The position numbers and the translations under genes are program-made. A model generated the notes under the pieces. That model did no database searches. It was not told the DNA's origin and worked only from the letters and a program-made list of their open reading frames with translations. Positions 13,306 through 27,529 of a stretch of 64,000 nucleotides of DNA are shown in pieces; position 1 is the stretch's first letter; each line of letters begins with the position of its first letter. The DNA comes from Camelus dromedarius (lineage: Eukaryota): contig NC_087437.1 in NCBI RefSeq assembly GCF_036321535.1, positions 32,552,001-32,616,000 on the forward strand, given 5' to 3'.

Positions 13306-15484
13306 TATGGCAGTTGTTATTCATGGTACTTGCCTGCATTTGGACCCTGCATGGAGCATTCTCCTAGAGAACCAGGCTTGTCAGTTCATCATCCAAGGAT
13401 CTGAGATACAACCTAAGTTACTTATTTCATAATTTAAAATATGCTTTTACCACCCTTTTACTACTTATTAGACAGTTAATACAGTGATATTAAAAATAAC
13501 AGCGCTCCCTCATCCCTGAGCCTGTCCTAAAGCCAAGGGTGCTGAGATGCACCTGCCCACTGAGCATCCATCCACCCCAGCATGGGAGCAGCTTTTGTTT
13601 CTCTTTCCTGCAATCAGAAAATGTACATGTGTCCTAATTGAAATGACAAGAACTCTACACTTGTTCAGCTAACAGCTTAGATCATCCACATTTTCTCCCG
13701 GCCTGCCCAGAGTGCCGTGCCTTCATCATATTGATCACCCATCATGATTGTTTGTTATTCGACTTCCTTTCAAGGAAGAATAAAAAAATGTGAAAGTATT
13801 TTGAAAACTATAAAGCTCTGTACACACATAAGGTATATCATTATTATTATTATCTACTATTTAAGACAGCCTCATCTCCTCCTTAGACTGAACAGAGCAA
13901 AGCCCTGGTTTCCACTTTACTGGCACATCCAGTCTCCACCACTCTATGTTTTGAAAATGAGTCATCCTGAATGCAGTGTCAACAAGTCTAATGAAAACAA
14001 AGAAAGCAGCAAAATGCTTACAAAAAGCAATCATTGGAGTTTTTAAAATTTTAAAGTTAATTGAAATAACAACATAGGCATCATGTGTTACGATACCCTT
14101 AACAGGCATGAAACAACTCCTGAGCTTCAATAAATGTGAACAGTATTTAAGACAGCAAACCAAGAAGGCCTGGTGCCCACCTGGGTTAAATAACGCCATC
14201 TTGGGTTTATCCAGCATCTACTCTGAATTCAAAGAGACTCAGAGCACCTTATAAAATATGTGTTTGAGACTGGGCCTCTACCAGTAGCCCTTAACCACTA
14301 GCCTGGAATGTACTGAGGAAGAAGAAAATAGTTATGTCCACAGACACTCCAAAGAATTCCTCTCTTTTCTTCCCAAAGGCTACCCACACCTTCACTCCTG
14401 CAGCAAACTTTGATACCTGAAGGGAAGTCAGCTCCGGGCAGCTCCCTCTACACCAGCACACTAGCATCCTTCCTGTCATCATGAATCACTAGCTACTTCT
14501 AGTTTGTGCTGGGAGGTTTTTTTTTCTGGTTGTTGCCATTATTGTTCAATATTTATTTATTTGTATTATTTGGGGAATGAAAGGGGAACAGAAGGTAAAG
14601 GTTAAATGGGTAAGAGCCAAGTATATAGGTAGCTAAATTCAACAAAAACAAAAAACAACTACTTTTCATGCCTTTGACAAAAAATGACTTTTCTTCTCTA
14701 CATCTCTTCTAAGCAGGTGTGCACTTGGGTAAATTAAGGCAAAAAGGATTTTCTCAGAGTCACCAAGTTATCATTGCACCCAGTGAGTGATAAGTTACAA
14801 GCTAGATTACGTCTCTGACCTTTATTAATTTACAATCTTGCGGGAAAACAGGACATCAAGAATTAAAAAGCAACTAAGATGGCATGTGATAAGGGCCAAT
14901 GGATGGGACAACTTCTATGAAAAGAAGGCCGCATTAGCTAGTGAGTGGTGGTGGGAGAGCTTGCAGAAAAGGTTATGTCTTGAACTAGGCTTTGAAACAA
15001 GGGCAGAATGTAAGAAAGCAGAGAGGAGAAAAGATGGCTTTTCACACAAGAAATAGTACTGCATATGTTAAATTTGCAAAACTGTGTGGTTAGTTGCCAT
15101 AGAACAGAGAACTCTCGGAGGACAATGACAGGTAACGAGATGTAAGTTTTTTTTAAAGTAACACACTAAGGTGTTTAGATCATATTATCTCATTCAGGAT
15201 TCACACCCCTCTGAGGCAGAAAAGTGACATACTGAGAAATGATATGATGTATGCAAAGTCATCAGCCAGTAAATGGCAAAGATGGGACAAAAATCCAGGT
15301 GTTCTGACTCACTTTGTCATAGGATCATTGCAAGGTTTCAATGACATAACCTACGTAAAGTGCTAAGAACAGTGCCTGCACATAGTTAGCCCACAATGAA
15401 TGCTAACTATTCTACTTTTTAAAAATCATTTTTATTAATACAGATCTACTGCAAGGTGAGGAGTCTGGACTCTGCCCTCTAAGC

Positions 15485-16230
15485 CTGGGTTTCCTAAACT
15501 TCAGACATTGGTGTCCTGCCTTCCTCACTTTGCCACATCTGCCCTATTAGGACACTTTCAGCTGCAAGAAGCAGAAAACAAGACAATAAAGGGACTAGAC
15601 TGACTCAAGTGCCTGAGAATTCCAATGCTAGCATTTGAGTGGGGGTCTGACTCCCTTTCTCTGCAGTTCTCTAGGCCCTGCTCTCCTTGATGTGTCTACA
15701 GCATCCTCAAGCTGCCTTTCCTGTGGAGGGGGGAAATGGATGCCTGCTTCTCTGCAAAGGCCTCCCTTCCACACACAAGACCATCCAGAAGGAATGAGAG
15801 GGTTGTTTCTTTCAACCACTGGGGAAAATTGCTGAGTTTCACTCTGATTCGACCATCTTGGGTCATGTGCCCATGCCTGAACCAATCACTGTGGCAACTC
15901 CACTAATGAGTTAGGCCATTCAGGGGGCTTTCCTAGCCCACCCCGTCAGCATGGCTACTTCAGGATGGGAGAAGAAGAGTGCTGGGGACACAACACAAAG
16001 TCTTCTACAACTGCCACCACCAAGAATATCATTTTTATTTTAAAGACTATTTTTCTTTAAAACAACTCCTTTAAAAAAAACATTGCCTCGTTCTCAGCTT
16101 TAAAATCTGTAAAATCACAGGTGTAACAGCTGTTTTTATTTAAAATAAATATATAACTATAAATTTTTTTCATTCTTCATCCAGCTATAAATATCATCCC
16201 ACTTATATCACTGCTGAAGGCTTATGCTCT
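15485..16230 (+). mobile_element. MER113A-like hAT element split by a MaLR LTR
   Basis: GGGTTTCCTAAACTTCAGACATT start; resumes after about 16010 with TTGCCTCGTTCT..TGTAAAATCACAGGT..TTAAAATAAATATATAACTAT. Confidence 0.55.
15545..16010 (-). mobile_element. Old MaLR LTR (MLT1J/K/L-like)
   Basis: TATTAGGACACTTTCAGCTGCAAGAAGCAGAAAA..TTGGGTCATGTGCCCATGCCTGAACCAATCACTGTGG. Confidence 0.7.
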
Positions 16231-16943
16231 GAGTTCAGTCTTCAGATTTCCATTCCAGAACTCTCTAATCTGAAGACCACATTAAAATCCACAGCCAGTT
16301 TTTTCCATTCTTTTCAAGTAACATTCTCTAGGCTCTGTCTAGTTGGGATGGAAAAAACAAAACACCAATCACACTGCATAGCCAGCATAACTGTTGCCTA
16401 GCGGACTTTGCAAACAAAAGAGAAAAAAAAAAACAACAGAACAGAACACCCATTACGTTTTGAAGTCAGTGTCACTGTTGCCTGGTTGACTTTGATTCCA
16501 GAGAAGGCCATGGCTTAATGGGCTGGAGTCACTGGCAGAACCTCAAGCAACAGCCTGAAGACTCCCTGGCCTAGGAAAGACAGACAGCGTTGGCTTTACG
16601 GTTCCAGTCTTCTAATAAAAGCATTCTATAGGAAACAGCTTCTGGTGAAGATGACAGCAGGAAAGACAGAGAGAAAAATCTGGAGAGCTGGGCCTGGAGG
16701 AAATTCTAAAACCATTACACTTTAAACTTTCCACTTCGAAAAAATGTGTTGCCCCCTCTCCTAGGAAGGGCATGGGCACCTCACAGCCTCCTAATCAAAA
16801 ATCTTCTGATATATTTTCCATTGTTTTTACAAAAATATTTTATTCCTTTCAAAGTATTAAATTGTAATGCTAAATATGCTTTGTTTTTCAAACTTCACTT
16901 ACATCCCAGATTTCAATACAGTCCCCTGGGGTTGAGGACCTTG

Positions 16944-16944
<1 letters not shown>

Positions 16945-16991
<47 letters not shown>
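16945..16991. repeat. (AC)23 microsatellite
   Basis: Perfect dinucleotide run. Confidence 0.98.
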
Positions 16992-16996
<5 letters not shown>

Positions 16997-17591
16997 GTCA
17001 CTGTCCTAGGACTGGAAGGTTTTCTGACCAAGCCCCCATCCTTACCTAAATCACCCAGTCTTAAAACACCTGTGGGAGGTGCTGTGGGAAAGTCCTGCGT
17101 CCCTCCACTACTTAGTATGGCAAGAATCAGAACTTCTCCAAACCTTAGAGGTTTGCACAAGGATTTCACTCAGTTAAAACTCAAAAACAAACCAAAAAAA
17201 AATCCCACACACACACACACACAAAACCTCTCCTAGCAATAAAGCATAACTTTATAAACAGATAGGGACCCATAAAGATAAGGAACCCAGGAATTAAACT
17301 TACACCATTCATCTGTGTCATGGAATCACTAGCAAACCACTTCTTTCTCTTTAAGGCTGTCGGTCAGAATTAGCTAGAGTTTCCCAGGCCAAAGCAAGCA
17401 GCATGGCTCTACTCAGAAAGTACTACTAAGGAAATCTTTCTAGGGATACCAGCTAAAAAAATCTACATCAAAGGGATAAGAGAGCCAAACTCAACCATCA
17501 CTCCCCAGGAGACAGCAGATACACAAGCTTTACCCTAAAAGAAGTGGATTTGGTGAACTAAACTCTAGACTCAGAATCAAGAAATAGTATC

Positions 17592-17917
17592 TCTGAAGAA
17601 ATGAACTCATTTACAAAACAGAAACAGATTCACAGACACAGACATAAAAAAATACAAAACATTAACAGATTCACACTACTATATATAAAATAGATGAACA
17701 AGGACCTACTGTATAGCATAGGGAACTACATTCAACCTCTTGTAGTAACCTATAATGGAAAAGAATCTGAAAAAGTATATGTATGTATAACTGAATCACT
17801 TTGCTGTACACTTGAAACTAATACAACATTGTAAGTCAAGTATACTTCAATTTTAAAAAATTGTTTTTAAAGATATTAGGTCAAGGAGGAAGGAAGATTT
17901 AAAAAAAAAAAAAAAGA
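17592..17917 (+). mobile_element. 5'-truncated L1 3' end with extra 3' segment, inserted into a MIR
   Basis: GGACCTACTGTATAGCATAGGGAACTA..TATACTTCAA; 13-bp TSD AAGAAATAGTATC at 17579-17591 and 17918-17930. Confidence 0.9.
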
Positions 17918-19519
17918 AAGAAATAGTATCCTGGTTCTGTCACTTAAGTGCCATTGGTATATCATCTTGCTGATGGCAGCTCACAATTTCTGTCTGTAAA
18001 ATAAGATTTGGCATCATCTGAGTGAATACAATATGAATTGAGGTATCAATGAGGAAACTTGAATATACAATGAGACAGGTTAACTGTATTATTGAAGATT
18101 CTAACCAAAAGTAGATTTTGAAGAAATGTGTGACAAGATGCCAGATTTTAACCAAACGTTTCAAAAGCTGACAGTAATTTATTAAACCAAATTGTCATCT
18201 CCTCTTTCATGTGGGTGCACATGCACACATATATGTACATCTATACATACATACACACACACACACACAAAATCTGGTTTGGGTTCCATTTCTTAGCGAG
18301 TCTCCACAATACTTCCTACACACTTGTTCAGTGTACCTACCACAGTGTCTCATAAGAGATGACCTATTCTCCTTCTCTTTCATTAAGCTACAAACTCTTT
18401 GAGGGTGGGGATTTTATTTCATTTGACTTGGAATTTTCGTATCTGGCCTGGCCCAGTATAGCACATAGGTATTTGATAGATACAGTTTTCTGGTGTAATC
18501 ACTATACTATAGAGTGCTGGAGTAAGAAATGTGACATCTGATTTTAAACATATTATTCTGTATGAGTTTGCTACCACTTCCTCAATACAAGGTGCCATTT
18601 TTATCAGTTATCCTTCACTGAAAAAGTAAGAACATTTATTCCATGTTGAAAGGCAAAATTCGGATTGTAACGTTTACCTACAATGGGGTCTTACTCTAAA
18701 TGGAAGCCAAAAAAGTGTTTAGGAAGCTGTTGCCCTTCTAAACACGAACAAATAAAAGTGATAGTTAATGTCACACAGTTTAGAAAAAGACACTTTAGTG
18801 ACTTACTGGAGCTCATTATTAGGACAAGTGCCAGATCGTAAAACATAACTCACAGCCCTTGAAAGTTTCTGCTCATAGATTAGTCTCCTCGCCTTAGACC
18901 CAAGGCTTCTTCCTCAAAGAAAGCTAGAGGAAAGCCTTCTGAGCTCTTTGGATGAAAAGAATTTTAGAGCCGCAGAGCATTGTTTGGATTCTCCTGCATC
19001 CTTGTTATGCCTTTGCTGCCATATGATTCCACTTTGGACTGGTATCTGTCCCATCTTTCATGGATCCAGCATTGCTCCATATCTAGCCTCCAGTCCTTCT
19101 GGAGATTCTGAGGTCTCACCAGTGGGCCTCCTTCTGAAGTCACCTCATGTGCCAAACCAAGATGGTTCCAGTATCAGCCTTGACATGCAGCCCTAAATCT
19201 TTAAGACATCTGTAAACAGTACTCTGAGCTTTCCATCATCATTTTATTTTGTCTACAGGAAAGGGTAAGCACAGTGAATGTTGCTGTTGTTGTTTTATAT
19301 TAAAAGTCTTTCATACGGTAGCAAATAGTGTTCATGGTTTTATCCCTTCATGATTCTCCAAAATCTAAGCCATTCAGTCTCTTTGGAAAACAACTGCTCT
19401 TAATACTTGCTGGATTTTCTTTAGTGGGAGTTAATATCAAAATCTGAATTCTAAATACAGAAAATCACCAGGTCAGTGAATTCTAAGATATGTGGCATTT
19501 TTAGTCTCTCTGTTTCATC

Positions 19520-20400
19520 TCATTCCATTCATACAACTTATTCACATATTCATTCCCTCAACAAAGATGTATTAGGCAGCAGTGTTCAGGAAGTGTCTAT
19601 TGTGGGTTGCAGATAACCCAAAAGGAATGACACCCTCCCTGACCTTGATTAGTTTATGGCTTATTGTGGAAACAGACAAGCAAAAAATTTTAACATAGCA
19701 TCCTGCTTGACTACAGAGGAGACACTCAGTACCTTGGGAGCAGAAACAGAGGTCTGAACTTTTGGGAGAGGCAATAGTGGGGGAGGAAAGGGGTCAGTTC
19801 AGCATTTCAGGAAAAAGAATGATGCTTAAAGAACAAAGAGATGCTGAGTATGAGAAGAAGGGTAGAAAGGGGAAACCAGAAGAAAGAAAAGAAAGAACAT
19901 GAGCAAAGGCTCAGGGGCAGCAGGGGTTCCAAGTGGTTTTTGACTACTTGAACAGAATGGCAGTAATGGTGTTGGACATGTGGTTATGGGCCACATCAGA
20001 AAGTGTTTGATAGGCCATATAAGGAGTTTCGATTCTCTCTGGCACGAGAGGAGCCACTGTAAAATGTTGAGTTTGAAATGACGCAAGGGGACCTTTGTGA
20101 TAGAAATATCACCCTGATGGCTGAATGGAGGGTGACTTGGAAGTAGGTGAGATGAAATGCATAAAGTCAAGGGGGCTGTAGTCCATGAAAGAGAACACAA
20201 GGCTGGAACCAAGGCAACAGCAATGGAATTGGAGAAGAAAGGCAAGAAAGGAGAGAGACTTAGGAAGTAAAAAGGGCAGGATCTTGCAATGAAGAAAATG
20301 TGGGGATTCAGAAGAGGACCCATAAGAGAATTACAAAGTGGAAGTATCTGGACATAAAGTAACCACATGAGGGTGTTGGTTAATGTCATCTGGACCTGGC
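19520..20400 (-). mobile_element. L2 LINE, ORF2 C-terminal relic and 3' end
   Basis: ORF 19826-20389(-) contains PHIFFIARSCPFYFLSLSPFLPFFSNSIAVALVPAL, resembling the L2 ORF2 C-terminus; antisense L2 tail at about 19520-19600. Confidence 0.85.
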
Positions 20401-23400
20401 AATCTTCAGGAGGGGAAATTAAGGAAGAAGAAATGGGTCTCAGCCCTTCTTTTCTTCACAAGAGTCATAATTTCTTGCATCCTTTCCCAGTTACACAAAT
20501 ATGAGGATTCAGCACCTATACTTACCAAAACCCAGATCAACACACGTATCTATTTACCAATTATTTGTTCTAACAAATAATGTAAGATTTTTTTGAGGAG
20601 CAGTAGGGTCAGTATCTCCATGCTCTGCAAATCAACTCAGTTTGATTGAATTTCGTTTACCTCCCAGTTTTCCTCTTTATCACAGGATACCGCTAAGAGG
20701 TAGGTCCCCATTGAAATGCTTCAGTTGTCCAAGGATGGCCATCTTGTCATTGTTTTTAAAAATACACATCATTCTTTGCCCTCATTCATCAGCATATTTA
20801 CCTTCCTTTTACATCATCCCATATAAACAAGCAAATCTTATAAAGTTTGCATACTCTTAAATCCTTGAAATGCTTTAGAAAATTTTGCTTTATTCCAGTG
20901 CAATGGCTTTAAAATTTTGATGACCCAGTTAGGAAGTAGGAATGTCACCTGCCCTTTCCACTCTTTGGTAACACTCTTTTGTATAAAGAAATCAAAACTG
21001 TGTGATCCCAGAATTGTTGTTTCTTTGATCTCCCTAAAAGGGAAAATTGTGTTAAAAAAAAAAAAAAGAAAGAAAGAAAGAAAAAAATTTTTTTTCTTTT
21101 TCAGTGTAATTTAAATTTTTAAATTCAGAAGTGATGGCAAGCCAGAGGCACCAAATAAAGCAGGTGGCACATTAAGTTTAAACCCGCTAAGAGCAGAAAC
21201 AAGGCACAAATCTTGGAAGTAATGTGTTCATGAGTTAGATATATCAAACCCAAGCTCAAAAGCCTTGCACCAATTCAGCTAGCACCCACCAAATTTCTTT
21301 CATTCCCTGGAAAAGTGGTGTTTTCAAGGAAGATGTATGGATTTAGAGAGAAATGCCTAATTATAATCCAGACCAAAGAATTTTTTATTGAAATTGGGCC
21401 TGAAAGAAAAATTTAAAGCTTGTCTTTGCTTTAAGCCAACTAAAACACATGCTAACTTTAATTTGCATTTTTATACAAATAGTTTTGGGTACAAAAATAG
21501 CATAATTTTGCATTGGCAAATTCTCTCTGTATTCTTCTTTGATAATTTATTCTCTTGAAGGTATTTTTCAACTCTTACAATTTAAATTTTTTTAGAAGAG
21601 TAATTCTACCTTCCATACAAAAGACAGGCTTTCCATTTATAAGCCTGTTACCTAGAGGCACAATTAAAATGGAAACATTAAATAGAAATAAAGCATAATT
21701 CTTCAGCTCTTTTCATCCACCAGCTGGCTCATTTCATACACTCCCTCTTCGGTGAGTTCCAAATACATTAGTAGTTAGTCGATTACCTATTTGCATATCC
21801 TTCAAATTATAAAATTTAATTGTCAAGTTTCAATTCAGGTAATCCTAAATGTTTTCATTTTATAAACAAAGCTGTTTTGTGGCTATGAACTGGGACTTTA
21901 GACCAAGATTCTTAATCAATGTTTTCTCCCGAAAGATCTTTGCATTCTCCAATCTTTAAGAATTTCTTCCCGGAGCCCTCCTGTTCTTTCTCTGGCAGTG
22001 AGCCCATTTCAAAAATTCACCAATCACTGGAAGTTTCTCATCAGCATCTCAGAAGTCTTTGAATTGTTAGAAACTAACTTAAAATTTAAATGTCCCTTTT
22101 TAATAGTGTAGGGAAGAATAATACTGATTGCTTTTATTTATTTTTATTACTAGGCACCTTGAGATGCCTCTGATGAGACTGCACTGATTTAAATATGTGG
22201 TGTTGTGATAGCTGGTTATGATTTTCTGATGTTTTTCTGCAACTCTAACCATATGTAATTTTGAATTAAATGAAAGTTAAGTACTAAAACATTTTGCCCA
22301 AAGGGAATTTGGATTCTCAATGTGCTTTTAATAACTGTTTGTAAAACATTTAGGAAAATCTATGGCAACACATTTAGGGAAAAAAAAATCAAATTACTAT
22401 TGCCTTAAGATGTTATTCTAGTGTCTAAACTTTTATGAAACATCTTGTGTGGCCCAATTGTTGAACTAATCCAGTCAGTAATACTTTAGACCATATTGTG
22501 TATATAGGATCTAAATTTAATTTGTATAATAATTTTTAATAATACTTCTATAAGAAATTTCTTTTAAACTCACTGAAAACGTTATGGATAGTGCAAATGA
22601 TACCTCATCAAATATTTCCAGAAATTTTCAAATAGAGTCTAATTAGCATTAAAATTAATTAGTGGAAAGAGATTAAAAACCATTAAACAACCACTTCTTT
22701 AAAAATATTTAAATATTAGAGGGTCTCAAGACTTCTAAATCTAAAATAAAACATCATGGTGTACCTAGGGCCTATGGTAAACAAACACAATCTTCAGTGG
22801 ACCTTGGACAGTGAGAAAGGACTTTCTGGAAGGCTAAATCTGCCAGTTGGTTGTGTAGACGTTGCTTCTGAAGGTGAAATTTGAAAAATGAACTCAAGTT
22901 GAAATGTGACCTGAATTTCCATTTTCTCTCACACAGAGAAATGGCTATGTACCTAATTTGGGAAAAATTCAAACCATAACCTTAAACATACAGCTCAGAA
23001 TCTGTGTTAAACGTGAATACTGGAATCACCTTTCATCCAGAAAGATGGTGTCCTTGAACCTAAGCAGGAGATAATGAGTATTCTTTTTCTCACATTTGTA
23101 ATCTCTCACCCAAAGCATCATTAGAATACAACCATTCCATAATACAGTTGTTGTCATTTATTTTACTACTTATTCATGTCTTTATTTCCCTCTGTAGCCA
23201 TTACAGAAGCTTGTAAAATTTGTAATCCGTATCTATCAAGAAACAAATGAATTATGGTGATCTAAAACAGAATGGCAGCTAAAGGGCTTTACTCTGAAAA
23301 GATCAGATTTTCTAAGTAACTGATATGTCAGAACCATCCCCAGTGAGGATCTGACCAGAATTTTTATCTATCACTCATTAAATTATGACATTGTGTGACT

Positions 23401-24109
23401 TTATAAACCCTGACTGAAATAGCATCCTTATTAAGAGGTTTATTAAAAAATGATTGGAAATATGGTTATCCTGTTTGTACTTCACACACTTTTGTATTAT
23501 TTGGATTTTTTTAACAAAAGTATTTCACTTTGGTTCAACTGGAGTTCCTTTACCTCTCAGTTATATGACACTTTCATATGTTTGTCATACCTAAGCATTG
23601 TTAATTGCTGAAGGTGGGTGGTGGGCACATGTGAGTTCATTATAATAGTCTCTCTGACCTTACAAATTATGGATTATTTGACAATATCCATAATAAAAGT
23701 TTTTTAGAGAGTGTATCATTTTGGTAATTTAAAATATGCAGTTCTAGGGAAATAGGTTTTCTCCAATCCTACAAGTTTATAATCTGATAGTATACAAGGT
23801 GGTAATCGCAATTCCTTACTTTATTTTAGAACCTGAAACTTGTATAAAATGCTTCCTTTCACGTGCTCTGTATGGAAGGAAAAATCAATAATGCAATAAT
23901 GAAAATAAATTCTGAATAAAGCTGTTTACAAATATTGACATTTCATTGATTTGAAGCAGGTGTCTAAAAAATGTACCCTGTGGCTGGTTGAATTACCACC
24001 CAAAGCTCTAAAATCTCTTGAAATGGGCCACTTAGGGTGCAATTGTCCTTTCAACCATTACCATGAAATGCCTGATCTGGTTGAATTTTTTAAGCACTCA
24101 CTCTAACAG

Positions 24110-24330
24110 TAAGAAAAACTAATACTTCCTGAGTCCCCAGTATGTAAGAGATGTTTAGTGCCTCACAATCATTACCTCTTTTAATTCTCATGAAACCATG
24201 GGGTAGAGATTTTTATGCTCATTTTATGGAGGAGAAAACCCGAGGAGGAAAAGAATGTAAGGTCCCACAGCAAATCAGTGTCTATTGGGATGGCCTGCAG
24301 GCAGTCTGGCTCTAGGAACCATTGATCTTA
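24110..24330 (-). mobile_element. MIR SINE
   Basis: TTTAATTCTCAT..CTCATTTTATGGAGGAGAAAACCCGAGG..AAGGTCCCACAGC. Confidence 0.7.
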
Positions 24331-25509
24331 GCACAATCAAAAGAGAAAAACGAGATAAAAATAGACCCAAGTTGTGTGTGGTAAAGTGAGGCCAGACAAC
24401 TTTAATAAAATAAGATGAAAATAAATAATTAGCAGATGTGAAATGCTCTAAAAAATATCATTTTAAAGTAATTCTAGGTAGATCATCCCCGTAATTCTAA
24501 CACCATCACAGGCAAGGGTGGGCCCCCAAACTACTGCCAGGAAGAGAGTAGGCTGGGAGCAGACTAGCTTATGAATATTCAGCAAGGACAGAGTCTGAAT
24601 CCTCATCCTGATCTTCTGAGTCCAAATCCAGATCTAATTCCACAACTTCCCAGTTACCTCTAAAGCATGGCTTTCAGGGAGCACTTTTTTACTTCATGTC
24701 CTTATTATTTTGGCCTGTTTCTTTCCGTATCTTTATAATCTCAAGTACTAAATTTCAAAAGTCATTTGAGGTTCTGGTCTGAGGCAAGACTGGCACAAGA
24801 GTATTGCTTTAAAGCTAAGGAAGCGATTCCAATGGGCATGCAGGGTGCAGAAGCCTTGCTCCCGGAGAATTGCTGACACCCACCCTATGAAGCTGAGTCA
24901 AGTTAGGCCAGGCACTGTGCAGAACACAGAGAAACTCAGCTTCACAAGCACGTGCTTCAGGCTGAGGAGGCAAAGTACTCAGGTAGTAGGACAAAAAAGA
25001 ACATTAGCAAAAGTACTCTGCCCTCTCGACTAAGGGGATACAGGAAATCCTTCAATTCCTCCACACTGTAGAGAGTGTGGAGGAGATGGTGACCACTTCT
25101 AAGTGGCTGGAGGGAAATGCTTACAGGTGTGACTATAATGTCATTAAACTGATTAGTGAGCTAATTCTAAACAGATTTACTTTATGGACCTAAAAGCTGC
25201 TTGTTCCACTCTGTGACATGTGAAACTAGCGCATTTGTAAGAAAAGCATGAAGTTCTCTGTAGAACAGATTGCCAGAGGGGTTAAGCTTTGAATCCACAC
25301 CAGTCCCATTTCTTTACTATTTGTCTGCTAAGAATTGGTCAGCAATGAGATTTGATTTAAATGAAGATATCTGCAGTACTAGCCTAATCAGCTAAAGGCA
25401 CAAGTTGGGAAGAAAAATAATAGGAGTGTAAAAAGGAAGGAAGTGGGTGCTGAAAAGGGAGGAAATACACTTTACACTGGTTAGGAGGGCTGTAATCAGA
25501 AGATGAACA

Positions 25510-26535
25510 TCCCTGCATTGATGAGGATGCTGAGAAAGTGGAACCCTCATACATCACTGGTGGGAATGTGAAATGGCACAGCCATTTTAGAAAACAGTTT
25601 GACAGCTTCGTAAAAAGTTAAACATACACTTACTACATGACCCCACAATTCCACTCCTAGGTATATACCCAAAAGAAATGAAAACACTTGTCAGCACAAA
25701 TCTGAGAAGAAAATATTCATAGGAGAACTATTCATAAGAGCCAGAAAGTGGAAGCAATCCGAATACCCAGCACCTGGTAAATGATTAAACAAATATATGC
25801 TATGGACTGAATGTCTGTGTTCCCCCGAATCCCCAGTGTGGTGGTATTTGGAGGTAGGGCCTTCGGTAAGTGATTAGGTTGTGAGGGTGGAGCCCTCATG
25901 AATGGGATTAGTGTCTTTACAAGAGATCCCACAGAGATTCCTCACCCCTTCTGACATGTGAGGATGCAGTGAAAGGACAGCCATCTATGAACAAGGAAGT
26001 AAGCCCTCACCAGACATCAAACCTGCCAGCACCCTGATACTGGATTTCCCAGCCCCTAGAAATGTGAGGAATAAATTTCTGTTGTTTATAAGCCATCCAG
26101 TCTGGTATTTTGTTATAGCAGCCCTAACAGACTAAGGCAATGTGCTATTTTTATATAATGGAGTACTACTAAGCAACATAAAGGAATGAACAATTGATAA
26201 CATATGTGGATGAATCTCAAAAGCTCTATGTCAAGTGAAAGAAGCCAGACACAAAAGACAAGATATAATTTCATTCACATGAAATTTCTAGAGAAGGCAA
26301 ATCTATAGAGACAGAAAGTAGATCAGGGGTTGCCTGAGGCTGGGAGTAGGCACAGGAATAGACTATAGACAAATACAAGGGAACTTTTTGATGTGAAAGA
26401 AGTATTTTAAACTTGGATTGTGATGATGGTTGCACAATCACAGAAATTTACTAAAAATCACTGAATTATCCATTTACAATAGGTGAATTGGTATTTATGG
26501 TATATAAATTATACCTCAATAAACCTGTTAAAAGT
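25510..26535 (+). mobile_element. Old L1 3' end (L1MC/ME-like), split by an LTR
   Basis: GGAACCCTCATACATCACTGGTGGGAATGTGAAATGG..CAATTCCACTCCTAGGTATATACCCAAAAGAAATGAAAAC..AAATTATACCTCAATAAA. Confidence 0.9.
25798..26139 (+). mobile_element. MaLR solo LTR (MLT1A-like)
   Basis: TGCTATGGACTGAATGTCTGTG..AATAAATTTCTGTTGTTTATAAGCC..GACTAAGGCA, with TG..CA termini. Confidence 0.9.
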
Positions 26536-26544
26536 ATAAATAAA

Positions 26545-26584
<40 letters not shown>
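26545..26584. repeat. (TAAG)10 microsatellite in an L1 tail
   Basis: Perfect tetranucleotide run just after the L1 poly(A) signal. Confidence 0.95.
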
Positions 26585-26588
<4 letters not shown>

Positions 26589-27529
26589 TGTAAGAGAAGA
26601 TGTGAAGAACAAGAAGTATGGAGAGAGTAAGAACGTTCACGGAATAGGAGAAAAGAAAGACATGCAGAAATACAAGAAGAAACCATATCACCACAGACTG
26701 GACTCAAGTACAGTGCTTTCTTGCCTTCTGTGTTTTATTCTTTGTGTTTATATTTTAGACTAAGATTGCACGCTGCCAGAGTTTACAGAATTTTAGGAAT
26801 ATTTGGTATGAACAGCATAATTTCGTATGTTCTAACAGCTCAAGAGAATAGGTGACATAGAACATCACATATATATCTGTCAATACTTTGTATTTTGCAT
26901 TTCCCTGAGCATTTGGGTTTCTTGATTTAAGCACATTACATTGCCTTTGCACCAAGTGAATTATACCAATGTTTTATGCCATTTTCAGTAGCTTACAATA
27001 TCTGTGGAGTCAAGTTGAATTGCTGTGTCTTGACATTGCTGAGAACCGTTTCTCATGACTTGAAGAAACTATCCCCCTTTCCTGTCACTTTTTGTGTCAG
27101 TTTCTCCTGGTACCCAAATCTCCTCTCCTTTGCTTTGTCATGGGAAATTTCTTAGAAAGAGGGAGAGAGTATGTAATAATAAAGAATTATACCCCATGTT
27201 AACAAAAAAATTCTCCTTTTCTCTTCATGAAAATGAGGACAATAGCAGCCCCATCAAAGAAATGTTGGTGGAAGACATAGTGTTTCTCCCCACTGCCCTA
27301 CTCTTCCTTTGCCTGAGTCTCCACTGTAGCTCATCTGCCATGTTCCTGCCAGGCAGACCAGCCTATGAATTGTCTCCCCACAGTGTTCTATGTTTTATAT
27401 TTCTTGCAATGTACATGCAGTATTGTTGCCGGGTGCAGCACAGAAAACATGATGTCTTAAATTCTTCACTCAAGGCCTCATATGATTCTTCCTCCACTTA
27501 AAAAAAAAGGTTAGATTGAGGAATATTTT

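Noticed and set aside
19826..20389. Longest ORF in the track (187 aa)
   Set aside because: Decayed L2 ORF2 and 3' region, not a host gene
21690..22070. Coding-looking stretches (ELTEEGVYEMSQLVDEKS, LREEILKDWRMQ) and a plus-strand 28-nt AG..GTGAGT unit
   Set aside because: Stops in all frames and no protein or transposase I can confidently match
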